From: Ignavibacteria bacterium | GTDB lineage: Bacteria; Bacteroidota; Ignavibacteria; Ignavibacteriales; SURF-24 | Assembly: GCA_037140715.1 (NCBI GenBank) | Contig: JBAXDX010000002.1 | Location: forward strand, 1-60,953 | Length of the DNA: 60,953 nucleotides | Reading direction: 5' to 3' | Part shown: positions 10,291-20,561 of the stretch, in pieces | Numbering within the stretch: position 1 is the stretch's first letter | Layout of the letters: each line of letters begins with the position of its first letter | Notes under the pieces: generated by a model | What the model was told of the DNA's origin: nothing | Database searches by the model: none | Seen by the model: the letters and a program-made list of their open reading frames with translations, nothing else | Translations under genes and position numbers: made by a program

Positions 10291-10400
10291 CTGTGTGATT
10301 TTATATGATAACACAATCAGCATGCAATGAATCATAATCCATTGCACGCCGTCATTTCTCATTGCAGAGAATTATAATCCATTGCACGTTATCATTTCCT
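10291..10400. repeat. Left half of a family-A element fused to 20-nt GCAATG units (family B), one in plus orientation and about three in minus
   Basis: 10291-10338 matches 27214-27290 and 10454-10500 (ctgtgatt..tatatgataaYRcaatcagcatg.aatgaatcata). 10341-10400 is the reverse complement of the units at 60491-60610. TGCAATG (10323-10329) and CATTGCA (10340-10346) form a hairpin with a 10-nt loop. Confidence 0.75.
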
Positions 10401-10453
10401 ATTACTTAACTTATTGTTACGCAAATTCATCAGAACTATAATTTGTGTGATCC

Positions 10454-10567
10454 CTGTGATTTATATGATAATGCAAATCAATATGAAATAAATCATACCA
10501 GCCTGATCAGCATAAAATGAATCATGGTTAATCATTTAATCATAAGAATCATAGTTCTGACATTTTT
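10454..10567 (+). repeat. Family-A dispersed intergenic element (AATCAT/ATGATT-rich, ~110 nt)
   Basis: Aligns by eye with 27214-27320. The shared 3' end is aagaatcatagttctgaYattttt. Contains five AATCAT-type words. Confidence 0.75.
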
Positions 10568-10720
10568 GTGTAATTGAGACAGGTTAATAAGGGGACGCAA
10601 TTCATCTGATTATGCAGTCCTTAAAGATGCAAACTTTTTATTTTTTATTTATATAGATAAAATGTTTTTGATAATTGAAAAAATTAATTATTTTGGTCAA
10701 CAAATTTTAACGCCCTCCTT

Positions 10721-10748
10721 ATTATATTAACGACCGTTATAAATTTAA
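10721..10748 (-). promoter_or_regulatory. Promoter-like module on the minus strand (TTAAAT-16 nt-TATAAT) with palindrome TAACG-N2-CGTTA in the spacer. Copy 1 of 2
   Basis: An 18-nt exact match (tatattaacgaccgttat, 10723-10740 = 53371-53388) extends to ~33 nt with 3 mismatches. The hexamers fall at identical positions in both copies. Confidence 0.45.
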
Positions 10749-10933
10749 CTTTATATAAGCGCGCAAGCATAGTGTTGCATGGGATGAATTATTATATTAT
10801 GCTTCCTTCCTCCATGTATTCATGCGATATTTATTCTGGTGATAAGTGTAGAGGGTTCTTTACTAATCGAAAATTTATATCCTGCTGTTAAAAGGGATAT
10901 CTTTAATATAAACACAAGTTTTGGAGCGATAAG

Positions 10934-13900
10934 ATGAATATCAACAGATTATTTACAAAAAATGGAGAAGATGCGTTTTCCTCCATTGAGTTTATCAAGC
11001 GTACAAGCGAAATAAAGAATCCTGATGGTTCTGTAGTATTCCGCATGGAAGATATCGTGGTTCCATCAGGCTGGTCGCAGGTGGCTTCGGATATTATTGC
11101 GCAGAAGTATTTCCGTAAAGCGGGCATTCCAAAGCTCCTTATTAAGAATAATGAAGAAAATGTGCCGGAATGGCTTCAGCCTTCTGTCGCCGATACTGAA
11201 AAACTTGAGCATCTGCCTGAAAATGAGAGATATACGGGCGAAACAGATTCACGGCAGGTATTCGAACGCCTTGCCGGCTGTTGGACCTACTGGGGATGGA
11301 AATCGAATTACTTCAACAGCGAGGCAGATGCCAAGGCTTTTTATGATGAAATAATTTATATGCTTGCCAGTCAGATGTCGGCTCCTAATTCGCCTCAGTG
11401 GTTTAATACCGGATTGCATTGGGCTTACGGAATTACAGGACCTTCCCAAGGTCATTTTTATGTGGATAACGTAACAGGCAGACTTACTGTGTCAGGCGAT
11501 GCTTATACGCATCCCCAGCCACATGCGTGTTTCATACAGTCCATAAAGGATGATCTTGTAAACGAAGGCGGTATTATGGACCTTTGGGTAAGAGAAGCGA
11601 GGTTGTTTAAGTATGGATCAGGTACCGGTTCAAATTTCTCAGGTATCCGCGGAGTTAACGAGCCTTTAAGTGGCGGCGGAAAATCTTCAGGTCTTATGTC
11701 ATTCCTAAGAATCGGAGACCGCTCGGCAGGTGCAATTAAATCAGGCGGAACAACGAGACGCGCTGCCAAAATGATTACACTCGATATGGATCATCCTGAT
11801 ATCGAAGAATATATTAACTGGAAGGTTACTGAAGAACAGAAGGTAGCCTCGATGGTTACCGGCTCCAGGCTGTGTAATTATCATCTGAATAGAATTATGC
11901 AGGCCTGCTTTGAAGAACATTCCGAAAATAACAGGTTCAATAAGAAATTAAATCTGAGGCTGAGAACTGCGGTTCTTGATGCGAGAAAATCGCTTGTCCC
12001 CGATAATTATATCGAACGCGTAATTCAGCTTGCACAACTCGGCTTTAAATCAATTGAATTTCCAATTTATGATACAGACTGGAATTCGGAGGCTTATGCA
12101 ACCGTATCAGGCCAGAATTCAAATAACTCTGTCAGAGTTACTAACCAGTTTATGGATGCTGTTATAACCGGTGACAACTGGAATCTCTACTGGAGAACTG
12201 AAAAAGAAAGGGCATCAAAAGAAGGAACGCCGCCTAAACCTATAAAAACCCTGAAGGCGAGGGATTTGTGGGAAGATATTGCTTATGCTGCATGGTCCTC
12301 AGCTGACCCTGGTTTACAGTATCATACAACAATTAATGAATGGCATACGTGTCCTCAGGACGGCGAGATTAAAGCTTCCAATCCATGCTCGGAATATATG
12401 TTCCTCGATGATACGGCATGCAACCTCGCATCGCTTAATCTTGTGAAGTTCTATGATGCCGATACACATAAGTTTGATATTGAAGCTTACCGCCATGCTT
12501 CGCGCCTCTGGACAATTGTACTTGAGCTTAGCGTGCTAATGGCTCAGTTTCCAAGCGTTGAAATTGCGCAGAAGAGTTATGAATACAGAACCTTAGGACT
12601 GGGGTATGCGAACCTCGGCAGTCTGCTGATGCTTCAGGGCATTCCTTATGACAGCGAATCCGCATTTGCTATCTGCGGCGCTCTTACAGGTATTATGCAC
12701 ATGACAGCTTATTCAACATCGGCTGAAATGGCGAAAGAACTTGGCGCGTTTGCCGCCTGTGAACGCAATAAGGAAAACATGCTTCGTGTTATCCGCAATC
12801 ACCGCAGGGCAGCTTACAATGTTCCAAATGAAGAATATGAAGAGCTTACAATTCATCCGCTGGGAATTAATCCGGATAGCTGTCCGCCCGATCTGTTGCA
12901 AGCTGCCAGAGAAGATGCCGACAAGGCTCTGGCGCAGGGAACTCTTTACGGGTTTAGAAATGCCCAGGTAACGGTTATCGCTCCTACCGGAACAATTGGT
13001 CTTGTAATGGACTGTGATACAACGGGCATCGAGCCGGATTTTGCGCTTGTGAAGTTTAAGAAACTTGCCGGTGGCGGGTATTTCAAAATTATAAATCAGT
13101 CAACTCCTCCGGCTCTGAAAAGGCTCGGATATAATCAGGAACAGGTTAGCGAAATTATTCAGTATGCCAAAGGCTCCGGAAGTCTGAAAAATTGTCCATA
13201 CATCAATCATGAATCGCTGAAAGCCAAAGGCTTTAATGATGAAATGCTCGACAGGCTCGAAGATGTGCTTCCTTCAGTTTTTGAGATTAGTTTTGCTTTT
13301 AACAAGTTTGTCCTCGGCGAAGAATACTGCATTAAAAGTCTTGGCTTTACAATAGAGCAGTTAAATGCTTGGGACTTTGATATGCTCTCAATGCTCGGAT
13401 TTTCAAAGCAGGAAATTGCGAAAGCCAATGATTATGTTTGTGGCACAATGACTATAGAAGGTGCACCGTTCTTAAAGCATGAACATTATCCGGTATTTGA
13501 CTGCGCAAGTACATGCGGCAAAAAAGGGAATAGGTTCATTAAGTCGGAGGCTCATATCAAAATGATGGCCGCGGCTCAGCCATTTATTTCAGGTGCTATT
13601 TCAAAAACAATTAATCTTCCCAATCATGCTACGATTGAAGATGTTAAGAGTGCTTACATGGAAAGCTGGAAATCCGGACTCAAGGCAAACGCTCTTTATC
13701 GCGATAATTCGAAGCTCTCCCAGCCATTGAACACAGTCGCAATCGAAGAATATGAAAGCATTGTTGAAGACAGGGAAGAAAATGATATAGTCAAAGTGGC
13801 TGAAAGAATTATTCACCGTTATATCGCCAAAAGAAGAAGACTTCCGGACAGAAGAACCGGTTATACGCAAAAGGCTAAAATTAACGGGCAGTCGGTTTAT

Positions 13901-14509
13901 ATCAGAACCGGAGAATATGATAATGGACAGCTTGGCGAAATCTTTATTGATATGCACCGGGAAGGCGCAGCTTTTAGAAGTCTTCTTAACTGCTTCGCTA
14001 TTGCAATCTCGCTTGGACTTCAGCATGGGGTTCCTCTTGAGGAATTTATCGATGCTTTTGTATTTACAAGGTTCGAACCGAGCGGTTTAGTAACAGGCAA
14101 TCAAAAAATAAAAATGTCAACCTCGGTAATTGACTACATTTTCCGCGAACTTGCGGTATCATACCTTGGACGCACAGACCTTGCTCACGTTAGTTCTGAC
14201 GAAATGATGTCAAGCGATTCAACCCAGCCTACAAGCAAGGTTTCCGCCGATGAGTTTGAAAGCGAGGAGCTTATTAGTGAAAGGATGATTGAACTGGATA
14301 AATTTGATGTTACGCGGATAAAGATGGAATCGGAAACTAAGGCAAAAACAGCGGGCGTCAGGCCTGACGGTCTGAATACAAAAATAAAAGAAGCAAGAGA
14401 AAAAGGTTACACCGGTGATGTCTGCGTGGAATGCGGTAGCTTGACAATGGTTCGTAACGGTACCTGTTTGAAATGTATGACATGTGGCTCAACGTCCGGC
14501 TGTAGTTAG
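10934..14509 (+). CDS. nrdJ: Adenosylcobalamin-dependent (class II) ribonucleoside reductase, long form with C-terminal zinc ribbon
   Basis: GSGTGSNFS, active-site [51 protein letters not shown]-terminal [19 protein letters not shown] lies 8 nt before the ATG. Confidence 0.92.
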   Translation: MNINRLFTKNGEDAFSSIEFIKRTSEIKNPDGSVVFRMEDIVVPSGWSQVASDIIAQKYFRKAGIPKLLIKNNEENVPEWLQPSVADTEKLEHLPENERYTGETDSRQVFERLAGCWTYWGWKSNYFNSEADAKAFYDEIIYMLASQMSAPNSPQWFNTGLHWAYGITGPSQGHFYVDNVTGRLTVSGDAYTHPQPHACFIQSIKDDLVNEGGIMDLWVREARLFKYGSGTGSNFSGIRGVNEPLSGGGKSSGLMSFLRIGDRSAGAIKSGGTTRRAAKMITLDMDHPDIEEYINWKVTEEQKVASMVTGSRLCNYHLNRIMQACFEEHSENNRFNKKLNLRLRTAVLDARKSLVPDNYIERVIQLAQLGFKSIEFPIYDTDWNSEAYATVSGQNSNNSVRVTNQFMDAVITGDNWNLYWRTEKERASKEGTPPKPIKTLKARDLWEDIAYAAWSSADPGLQYHTTINEWHTCPQDGEIKASNPCSEYMFLDDTACNLASLNLVKFYDADTHKFDIEAYRHASRLWTIVLELSVLMAQFPSVEIAQKSYEYRTLGLGYANLGSLLMLQGIPYDSESAFAICGALTGIMHMTAYSTSAEMAKELGAFAACERNKENMLRVIRNHRRAAYNVPNEEYEELTIHPLGINPDSCPPDLLQAAREDADKALAQGTLYGFRNAQVTVIAPTGTIGLVMDCDTTGIEPDFALVKFKKLAGGGYFKIINQSTPPALKRLGYNQEQVSEIIQYAKGSGSLKNCPYINHESLKAKGFNDEMLDRLEDVLPSVFEISFAFNKFVLGEEYCIKSLGFTIEQLNAWDFDMLSMLGFSKQEIAKANDYVCGTMTIEGAPFLKHEHYPVFDCASTCGKKGNRFIKSEAHIKMMAAAQPFISGAISKTINLPNHATIEDVKSAYMESWKSGLKANALYRDNSKLSQPLNTVAIEEYESIVEDREENDIVKVAERIIHRYIAKRRRLPDRRTGYTQKAKINGQSVYIRTGEYDNGQLGEIFIDMHREGAAFRSLLNCFAIAISLGLQHGVPLEEFIDAFVFTRFEPSGLVTGNQKIKMSTSVIDYIFRELAVSYLGRTDLAHVSSDEMMSSDSTQPTSKVSADEFESEELISERMIELDKFDVTRIKMESETKAKTAGVRPDGLNTKIKEAREKGYTGDVCVECGSLTMVRNGTCLKCMTCGSTSGCS

Positions 14510-14627
14510 TAGTATTTTATAGTAAGAATGAACAGAGCATGGAAGAATGGTTTTTGAATAATTATGTTTTTACGTTGATTTTCTAATATAAAAGCAATAA
14601 CTTCACAACCTTAATTGGGCGGTAATT

Positions 14628-15323
14628 TTGGAATCGATTAATATTATAAATGAAAAGATAAAGCTTTGTTGTCAGAAAGCGGGAAGAAATCCTTCTGAAG
14701 TAAAAATTATTGCTGTTTCAAAGAATACCGGGCTTGATTTAATTAATCAGGCTATAAGCGCCGGAATGAAAGATTTTGGCGAAAGTAAGGCGCGGGAACT
14801 ATCGGAAAAAACCGATGTTATTAATGCTGATATAAAATGGCACTTTCTAGGTCATTTACAGCGGAATAAAGTGAAAACTGTTGTGGAAATTGCTGAGTAT
14901 ATTCATTCGGTTGATTCAGTCAGGCTTGCTGAAGAAATAAACAGACAGGCTTTCGCTATAAATAAAATTCAGAAAATACTCTTAGAGATTAAAACATCCA
15001 GTGAAGTTGCAAAGTATGGTATTACCAGTGAAACTGAACTGATTGAAATAGCGGAATATTGTAAGTCCGCAGATAGTATCGAACTTGAAGGTCTTATGAC
15101 AATGGCACCATATACGGATGATATAAAAATAATCAGGAGAAGTTTTTCTGATTTACGTAATCTAAAAACTCTGTTAAACTTGCGGGGTTTTGACATTAAA
15201 GAACTATCTATGGGAATGACCGGAGATTATGAAACAGCTATCGAAGAAGGCTCAACGATGTTAAGATTAGGTTCGGCGATTTTTGGGAAAAGAGATTATT
15301 CAAGGAGCTGGAGGGAGCAATGA
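14628..15323 (+). CDS. yggS: PLP-binding homeostasis protein, YggS/YlmE family
   Basis: KIIAVSK, HFLGHLQRNKVK, LSMGMTGDYETAIEEGSTMLRLGSAIFG. TTG start. Confidence 0.85.
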   Translation: MESINIINEKIKLCCQKAGRNPSEVKIIAVSKNTGLDLINQAISAGMKDFGESKARELSEKTDVINADIKWHFLGHLQRNKVKTVVEIAEYIHSVDSVRLAEEINRQAFAINKIQKILLEIKTSSEVAKYGITSETELIEIAEYCKSADSIELEGLMTMAPYTDDIKIIRRSFSDLRNLKTLLNLRGFDIKELSMGMTGDYETAIEEGSTMLRLGSAIFGKRDYSRSWREQ

Positions 15324-15874
15324 AGTTTTCACCTCTAAATATTAAGGCACAGCAGTTTACAAAATCCATCAGAGGTTACAATATCGATGAAATTCATGCT
15401 TTTCTTGAAAAGCTTGCAGATGAATTTGAAAGCAGTAATTCTGAAAATGACTCGCTGAAAAAAGAGCTGGATAAGGCGAAAGATAAGCTGAACGAATACA
15501 GGACAATCGAGAAAAAACTTCAGGATACATTGCAGAATGCGAATGAATCTTCCTCAAAGATGGTTGTATCTGCCAGGAAACAGACGAGTCTGATGATAAA
15601 GGAAGCGGAAATGAAAGCAACTCAGATAGTTGAAAATGCAAGGGAGGACGCCAACAGAATCAGAAATGCGGTGGTAACATTAAAGGAAGAGAGAAATGTA
15701 ATTATCGCGAGAATTAAAGCCATGATTAGTGCTCAGTCAGGTCTTCTTGAAATGAAACTTGAAAATATTGAGAAAAATAAGAACCAGACAAAGAAATACA
15801 CAGAATCGGAAAGACATACAGGGAAAGAGAAACTCGATATTAATATTGAAGAAATAATAGGGAAACTTATATGA
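15320..15874 (+). CDS. divIVA: DivIVA-family coiled-coil protein
   Basis: N-terminus LNIKAQQFTKSIRGYNIDEIHAFLEKLADEFE followed by coiled coil. ATGA overlap with the yggS stop. Confidence 0.8.
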   Translation: MKFSPLNIKAQQFTKSIRGYNIDEIHAFLEKLADEFESSNSENDSLKKELDKAKDKLNEYRTIEKKLQDTLQNANESSSKMVVSARKQTSLMIKEAEMKATQIVENAREDANRIRNAVVTLKEERNVIIARIKAMISAQSGLLEMKLENIEKNKNQTKKYTESERHTGKEKLDINIEEIIGKLI

Positions 15875-16692
15875 CAGATACATTAGAAAAAATTGCCGAA
15901 ACTATTGAAGTAATCAGAACCAAAACAACCCACACTTATGAAGTTGGAATTATACTTGGCACCGGGCTTGGCGGGTTGGTTAAAGAAATTTCAATTGAAG
16001 CGGAAATTGATTACAGCGAACTGCCACATTTCCCGCTTTCAACTGTTGAATCTCATCAGGGAAAGCTTATTTTTGGAACTATTGGTGGCAAAAAAGTAGT
16101 AGCTATGCAGGGGCGCTTTCACTTTTATGAAGGCTATACAATGCAACAGATTACATATCCTGTCCGGGTAATGAAGTTCCTTGGTGTAAAGACTTTGCTT
16201 GTCTCTAACGCATGTGGTGGCATGAACCCAATATTCAGAAAAGGGGATATAATGATTATGTCTGATCATATAAATATGCTGGGTGATAATCCGTTAATAG
16301 GGAAAAATATTGATGAGCTTGGACCGAGATTCCCTGATATGAGCGAACCATACTGTCTAAAGCTGATTGAACTTGCCGAGCAGGTAGCTCTTGAAAATAA
16401 AATAAAAGTTCAGAAAGGTGTTTATGTCGCTGTCCCGGGTCCGAACCTCGAAACAAAAGCAGAGTACAGGTTTTTAAGAGCGATTGGTGCCGATGTTGTT
16501 GGAATGTCAACCGTACCTGAAAATATTGTGGCTAATCACATGGGTATGAAGGTACTCGGATTTAGCATTATAACAGATGAATGTTTTCCTGAATCGCTTA
16601 AGGCGGTGGATGTTTTAGAAATAATTGCTATTGCGATAAAAGCTGAACCTAAAATGACTTTAATAATGAAAGAAGTTATCAGGGAATTATGA
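15871..16692 (+). CDS. punA: Purine nucleoside phosphorylase (trimeric PNP/PunA type)
   Basis: GIILGTGLG, GRFHFYEGY, SNACGG, VGMSTVPE. ATGA overlap with the divIVA stop. Confidence 0.88.
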   Translation: MTDTLEKIAETIEVIRTKTTHTYEVGIILGTGLGGLVKEISIEAEIDYSELPHFPLSTVESHQGKLIFGTIGGKKVVAMQGRFHFYEGYTMQQITYPVRVMKFLGVKTLLVSNACGGMNPIFRKGDIMIMSDHINMLGDNPLIGKNIDELGPRFPDMSEPYCLKLIELAEQVALENKIKVQKGVYVAVPGPNLETKAEYRFLRAIGADVVGMSTVPENIVANHMGMKVLGFSIITDECFPESLKAVDVLEIIAIAIKAEPKMTLIMKEVIREL

Positions 16693-17306
16693 ACGAGAAG
16701 GGGAATAAACTATATTTTCTGACACCTCTGCTTCTATCGATTTTGATGGGAATATCAAATTTCCTGAATACAGATTTGTTTAAGTTTGGCGAGTTAAATT
16801 TCGCAGTCTGGTTTATATTGTCAGTATTTTCTTTCGCTTGTGGCTGGCTGATTAACAAAACATTAAACTGGAAATTCGGCGGACGAATTGTTTTTGCCGT
16901 TACTGTGGCTACAACAATTGTAAGCGTTTCGCTCATTTCATTTTTTAGGGAATATTTTGGATCGAGTGAGTTGCTTGCAGAAAATCTGATACTTTACAGT
17001 CTGAGAAACGCAGTTCTTGGCTGTATGGGATTTTTTGGTATGACCGTTGCCGAACTGCTCTCGCTTCAGAACCAGCTTGCAAATCAGGATATGAAGCTTG
17101 ATGCTTACGCTAAAATGGTGCTCGATGCAAAGAAGGAAGCTGAGCTGGAGCTAAAGAACGCGAGAATTAAATCTGACTTTATAATTAGGGAAGCAGAATT
17201 TCAGGCGAAAAGAACTCTCGATAAAAAGGAGAGAATAGAAAAAGAATTAAAAGAGTTTATACAAATAGAAAAAGAATTAATTAAAAAATATGAAGACGAT
17301 GATTAA
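16689..17306 (+). CDS. Membrane protein (about 4 TM helices) with a charged C-terminal coiled coil, function unknown
   Basis: Hydrophobic N-terminal two-thirds, then KKEAELELKNARIKSDFIIREAEFQAKR..KELKEFIQIEKELIKKYEDDD. ATGA overlap with the punA stop. Confidence 0.5.
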   Translation: MNEKGNKLYFLTPLLLSILMGISNFLNTDLFKFGELNFAVWFILSVFSFACGWLINKTLNWKFGGRIVFAVTVATTIVSVSLISFFREYFGSSELLAENLILYSLRNAVLGCMGFFGMTVAELLSLQNQLANQDMKLDAYAKMVLDAKKEAELELKNARIKSDFIIREAEFQAKRTLDKKERIEKELKEFIQIEKELIKKYEDDD

Positions 17307-17366
17307 ACTCATTGTTTTTACCAGTTATTAAATAAATTGAATTAAGGTCGGTAAGTAAAATTAGTT

Positions 17367-20300
17367 ATGTTTAAACAGAATCAGGAAAAGATAAACTATC
17401 CGGAAATAGAAGAAAAAATATTAGCCTTTTGGTATGAGAACAATATATTTGAAAAGAGTATAACATCAAGAAGTGGTTCTAAACCTTTTACATTTTATGA
17501 AGGACCTCCAACGGCTAATGGCAAGCCTGGAATTCATCACGTTATGGCAAGAACGCTGAAAGACCTTATCTGCCGTTACAAGACCCTCCAGGGTTATCAG
17601 GTACATAGAAAAGCCGGATGGGATACGCACGGACTCCCTGTTGAAATTGAGGTTGAAAAAGCTCTCGGCATAAAGAATAAAAGTGAAATTAAAGACTTCG
17701 GCGTTGAGAAATATAATAAAGCCTGCCGTGATTCAGTTTTTACTTATACCGATCTCTGGGAAAAGATGACAACCCGTATGGGTTACTGGCTGAAGCTTGA
17801 TAACGCTTATGTAACGTGTACTAATGATTATATCGAATCAGTATGGTGGGCGCTTAAAACATTATTTGACAAAGGACTGATTTATAAAGATTATAAAGTT
17901 GTTCCACAGGACCCAAAATCGGAAACAGTACTGTCATCCCATGAATTAGCATTGGGTTACAGGGAAACAAAGGATCCGTCTGTTTATGTATTAATGAAAC
18001 TCAGGGATTCTGAACTGGCTAAGAAAGATACTGTATATTTTCTTGTCTGGACGACAACGCCGTGGACGCTTATATCGAATGTGGCTCTTGCCGTAGGCCC
18101 TGAGATTGACTATGTTAAAATAAAGCTTAAGGATGAATATCTTATTCTTGCCAAGAGTCGCCTAAATGTAATTGAAGGCGAATATGAAATTATCTCTGAA
18201 TATAAGGGAAGCGATTTAGCAGGTCAGGAATATGAACAGCTCTTTAACTATGTTGCACCTGACAAAAAAGCATTCTACGTAATAGAAGCGGATTTTGTAA
18301 GTACTGAAGACGGCTCTGGTATTGTTCATATCGCTCCGGCATTTGGTGCAGATGATTATGAAATTTCAAAGAAGTATGGTCTGCCAATGCTTCAGCCTGT
18401 TACAAGAGGCGGATTGTTTACAGGGCAGGTAACTGATTTTGCAGGACAGTTTGTCAAAGATGCTGATAAAGGTATTATCATAAAGTTAAAGGAAATGGGC
18501 AGGCTCTTCAAGAAAGAGACTATTACGCACTCTTATCCGTTCAGTTGGCGCCATCAGGACGTGCCGATTATTTACTATGCCAGGGAGTCCTGGTTTATCA
18601 GGACTACTTCGATATCCGATAAAATGATACAGCTAAACAAAAAGATAAACTGGATCCCAACGGAAGTTGGTTCCGGCCGGTTTGGTAACTGGCTTGAAGA
18701 TAATAAAGACTGGGCATTGTCGCGTGACAGATTCTGGGCTACCCCGCTTCCAATCTGGGTAAGTGAAGACGGTGAATCGTTTGCAGTTGGCAGTATTGAG
18801 GAATTAAAGAAGGGCTTTATTGAAAAAGAGGGTAAGAGGATAAGTGTTAGCGAACTTGATGGTATCGATCTTCATAAGCCTTTTGTAGATGAAATATTCT
18901 TCGAAAAAGATGGCAGGAAATTTCAGCGCACGCCTGAACTGATTGATGTCTGGTTTGATTCAGGCTCGATGCCTTTCGCACAGTATCATTATCCTTTTGA
19001 AAATAAGGAACTATTTGAACAGAACTTCCCTTCAGATTTTATTTGCGAAGGTATCGACCAGACGCGCGGCTGGTTTTATACGATGCATGCGATTTCAACA
19101 ATGCTCTTTGAAGATATTGCGTATAAAAATGTAATTGTAAATGAGCTTATCTTGGATAAATATGGCATTAAGATGTCAAAATCCAAAGGCAATACAGTTG
19201 ATCCATTTAATCTGTTTGATAAATATGGTGCCGATGCTACCCGCTGGTATCTTGTTACAACAAGTCCGCCCTGGAAGCCGACACTCTTTGATGAAGAAGG
19301 TATTCTTGAAGTGCAGAGAAAGTTTTTCGGCACTTTGATAAATTCATATTCCTTCTTTGTTATGTATGCCAATATTGACAACTTTATTTTTAGTGAAGAT
19401 AATATAGCTTATGAGGAAAGACCGGAGATTGACAGATGGATTATCTCTAAACTCAGTTCTGTAGTTTCCGAATATAAAGAGCTGATGGACAGCTATGACG
19501 TAACAAAAGCAGCCAGACTTGTCTCATCATTTACGATTGATCAATTATCAAACTGGTATGTAAGGCGTTGCAGAAGAAGATTTTGGAAATCAGAGATGAA
19601 TAAGAATAAGATATCTGCATATCAGACGTTATATGAATGTCTTGTAACTATCTCTAAACTTACATCGCCATTCGCTCCCTTTATTGCTGAAGAGATTTAT
19701 GGAAATCTTAATTCAGTTTCGAAGAGAGAAGAGTGTGAATCTGTGCATCTTTCAGAATTTCCGACTCCCTCATATTTTGAGAAGGAACTTGAGGAGAAAA
19801 TGGACATTGCTCAAAGGGTTGTAACTATAACGCGTTCGATGAGAGCGAAATCTAATCTGAAGGTCAGACAGCCATTAAAGAAAATCATGGTTGCTGTTGA
19901 AAAATCAAAGAGAGATGCTGTACTTAAAATGCGGGAAGTTATTTTAGAAGAAGTGAATATAAAAGATCTAGTTGTTCTTGAAGATGATTCGGAAATAGTT
20001 AATAAATCCGCTAAGCCAAATTTCAAGGCAATCGGTCCTAAATATGGAAAAAAGGTTAACTTGGTAGCAAACGCAATTAAAGGACTTGGAAAGCATGAGA
20101 TTCAATCACTTGAACAAGGCGAAGAAGTAAAACTTAATATAAATGGCGAGGAAGTAATAATAACGCCTGGCGATGTTGAAATTATCAGTTCTGAAATTAC
20201 CGGCTGGCTGGTTGAAACCGAAGATGGAGTAACTGTCGCTGTTGATACTGAATTAAGTGAAAGTTTGGTCGCTGAAGGTTTGGCAAGAGAATTTGTTAAC

Positions 20301-20531
20301 AGAGTTCAAAATATGAGAAAAGATGCCGGGTTCGAAGTAACAGACAGAATTAATATTTATTTCTCAGGGAATGACAAACTGGCTAAAGCAGTTGGTTTAT
20401 TTAAAGATTACATTGCTAATGAAACCTTGGCTGACAATGTGGAACTCGGCAATGGAGCCAACGGTTTTTCCCAGGATTGGGAGATAGCCGAATATCAATG
20501 TTCAATTAATATAATGAGAACCGATAAGTAG
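17367..20531 (+). CDS. ileS: Isoleucine--tRNA ligase (type 2, long form)
   Basis: PPTANGKPGIHH (HIGH region), KMSKSKGN (KMSKS), WTTTPWT editing-domain motif, 1054 aa. Confidence 0.95.
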   Translation: MFKQNQEKINYPEIEEKILAFWYENNIFEKSITSRSGSKPFTFYEGPPTANGKPGIHHVMARTLKDLICRYKTLQGYQVHRKAGWDTHGLPVEIEVEKALGIKNKSEIKDFGVEKYNKACRDSVFTYTDLWEKMTTRMGYWLKLDNAYVTCTNDYIESVWWALKTLFDKGLIYKDYKVVPQDPKSETVLSSHELALGYRETKDPSVYVLMKLRDSELAKKDTVYFLVWTTTPWTLISNVALAVGPEIDYVKIKLKDEYLILAKSRLNVIEGEYEIISEYKGSDLAGQEYEQLFNYVAPDKKAFYVIEADFVSTEDGSGIVHIAPAFGADDYEISKKYGLPMLQPVTRGGLFTGQVTDFAGQFVKDADKGIIIKLKEMGRLFKKETITHSYPFSWRHQDVPIIYYARESWFIRTTSISDKMIQLNKKINWIPTEVGSGRFGNWLEDNKDWALSRDRFWATPLPIWVSEDGESFAVGSIEELKKGFIEKEGKRISVSELDGIDLHKPFVDEIFFEKDGRKFQRTPELIDVWFDSGSMPFAQYHYPFENKELFEQNFPSDFICEGIDQTRGWFYTMHAISTMLFEDIAYKNVIVNELILDKYGIKMSKSKGNTVDPFNLFDKYGADATRWYLVTTSPPWKPTLFDEEGILEVQRKFFGTLINSYSFFVMYANIDNFIFSEDNIAYEERPEIDRWIISKLSSVVSEYKELMDSYDVTKAARLVSSFTIDQLSNWYVRRCRRRFWKSEMNKNKISAYQTLYECLVTISKLTSPFAPFIAEEIYGNLNSVSKREECESVHLSEFPTPSYFEKELEEKMDIAQRVVTITRSMRAKSNLKVRQPLKKIMVAVEKSKRDAVLKMREVILEEVNIKDLVVLEDDSEIVNKSAKPNFKAIGPKYGKKVNLVANAIKGLGKHEIQSLEQGEEVKLNINGEEVIITPGDVEIISSEITGWLVETEDGVTVAVDTELSESLVAEGLAREFVNRVQNMRKDAGFEVTDRINIYFSGNDKLAKAVGLFKDYIANETLADNVELGNGANGFSQDWEIAEYQCSINIMRTDK

Positions 20532-20561
20532 TTCTATTTTTATAATTAGGAGGTAAAAAAA

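Noticed and set aside
10467-10485. Fur box (gataatgcaaatcaatatg matches GATAATGATAATCATTATC at 15 of 19 positions)
   Set aside because: It sits inside an AT-rich repeat element whose other copies diverge at exactly these positions. The consensus is from a distant organism, and no iron-related gene is adjacent. Chance similarity is likely.
10568-10933. NrdR boxes or a cobalamin riboswitch in the nrdJ leader
   Set aside because: Only half-matches to acaCwAtATaTwGtgt were found (..catagtgt at ~10769; acacaagttttgg at ~10912, 10/16). No properly spaced pair and no B12-box-like sequence was seen.
14060-14080. tRNA-like GGTTCGAAcc T-loop string
   Set aside because: It is inside the nrdJ coding frame with no cloverleaf context. 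No tRNA gene was recognised anywhere in the window.
10934-14509. Intein or insertion explaining the 1191-aa length of NrdJ
   Set aside because: Catalytic motifs appear in the normal order with no Cys/Ser..HN splice-junction-like block. The extra length lies in N- and C-terminal extensions, including the zinc ribbon.
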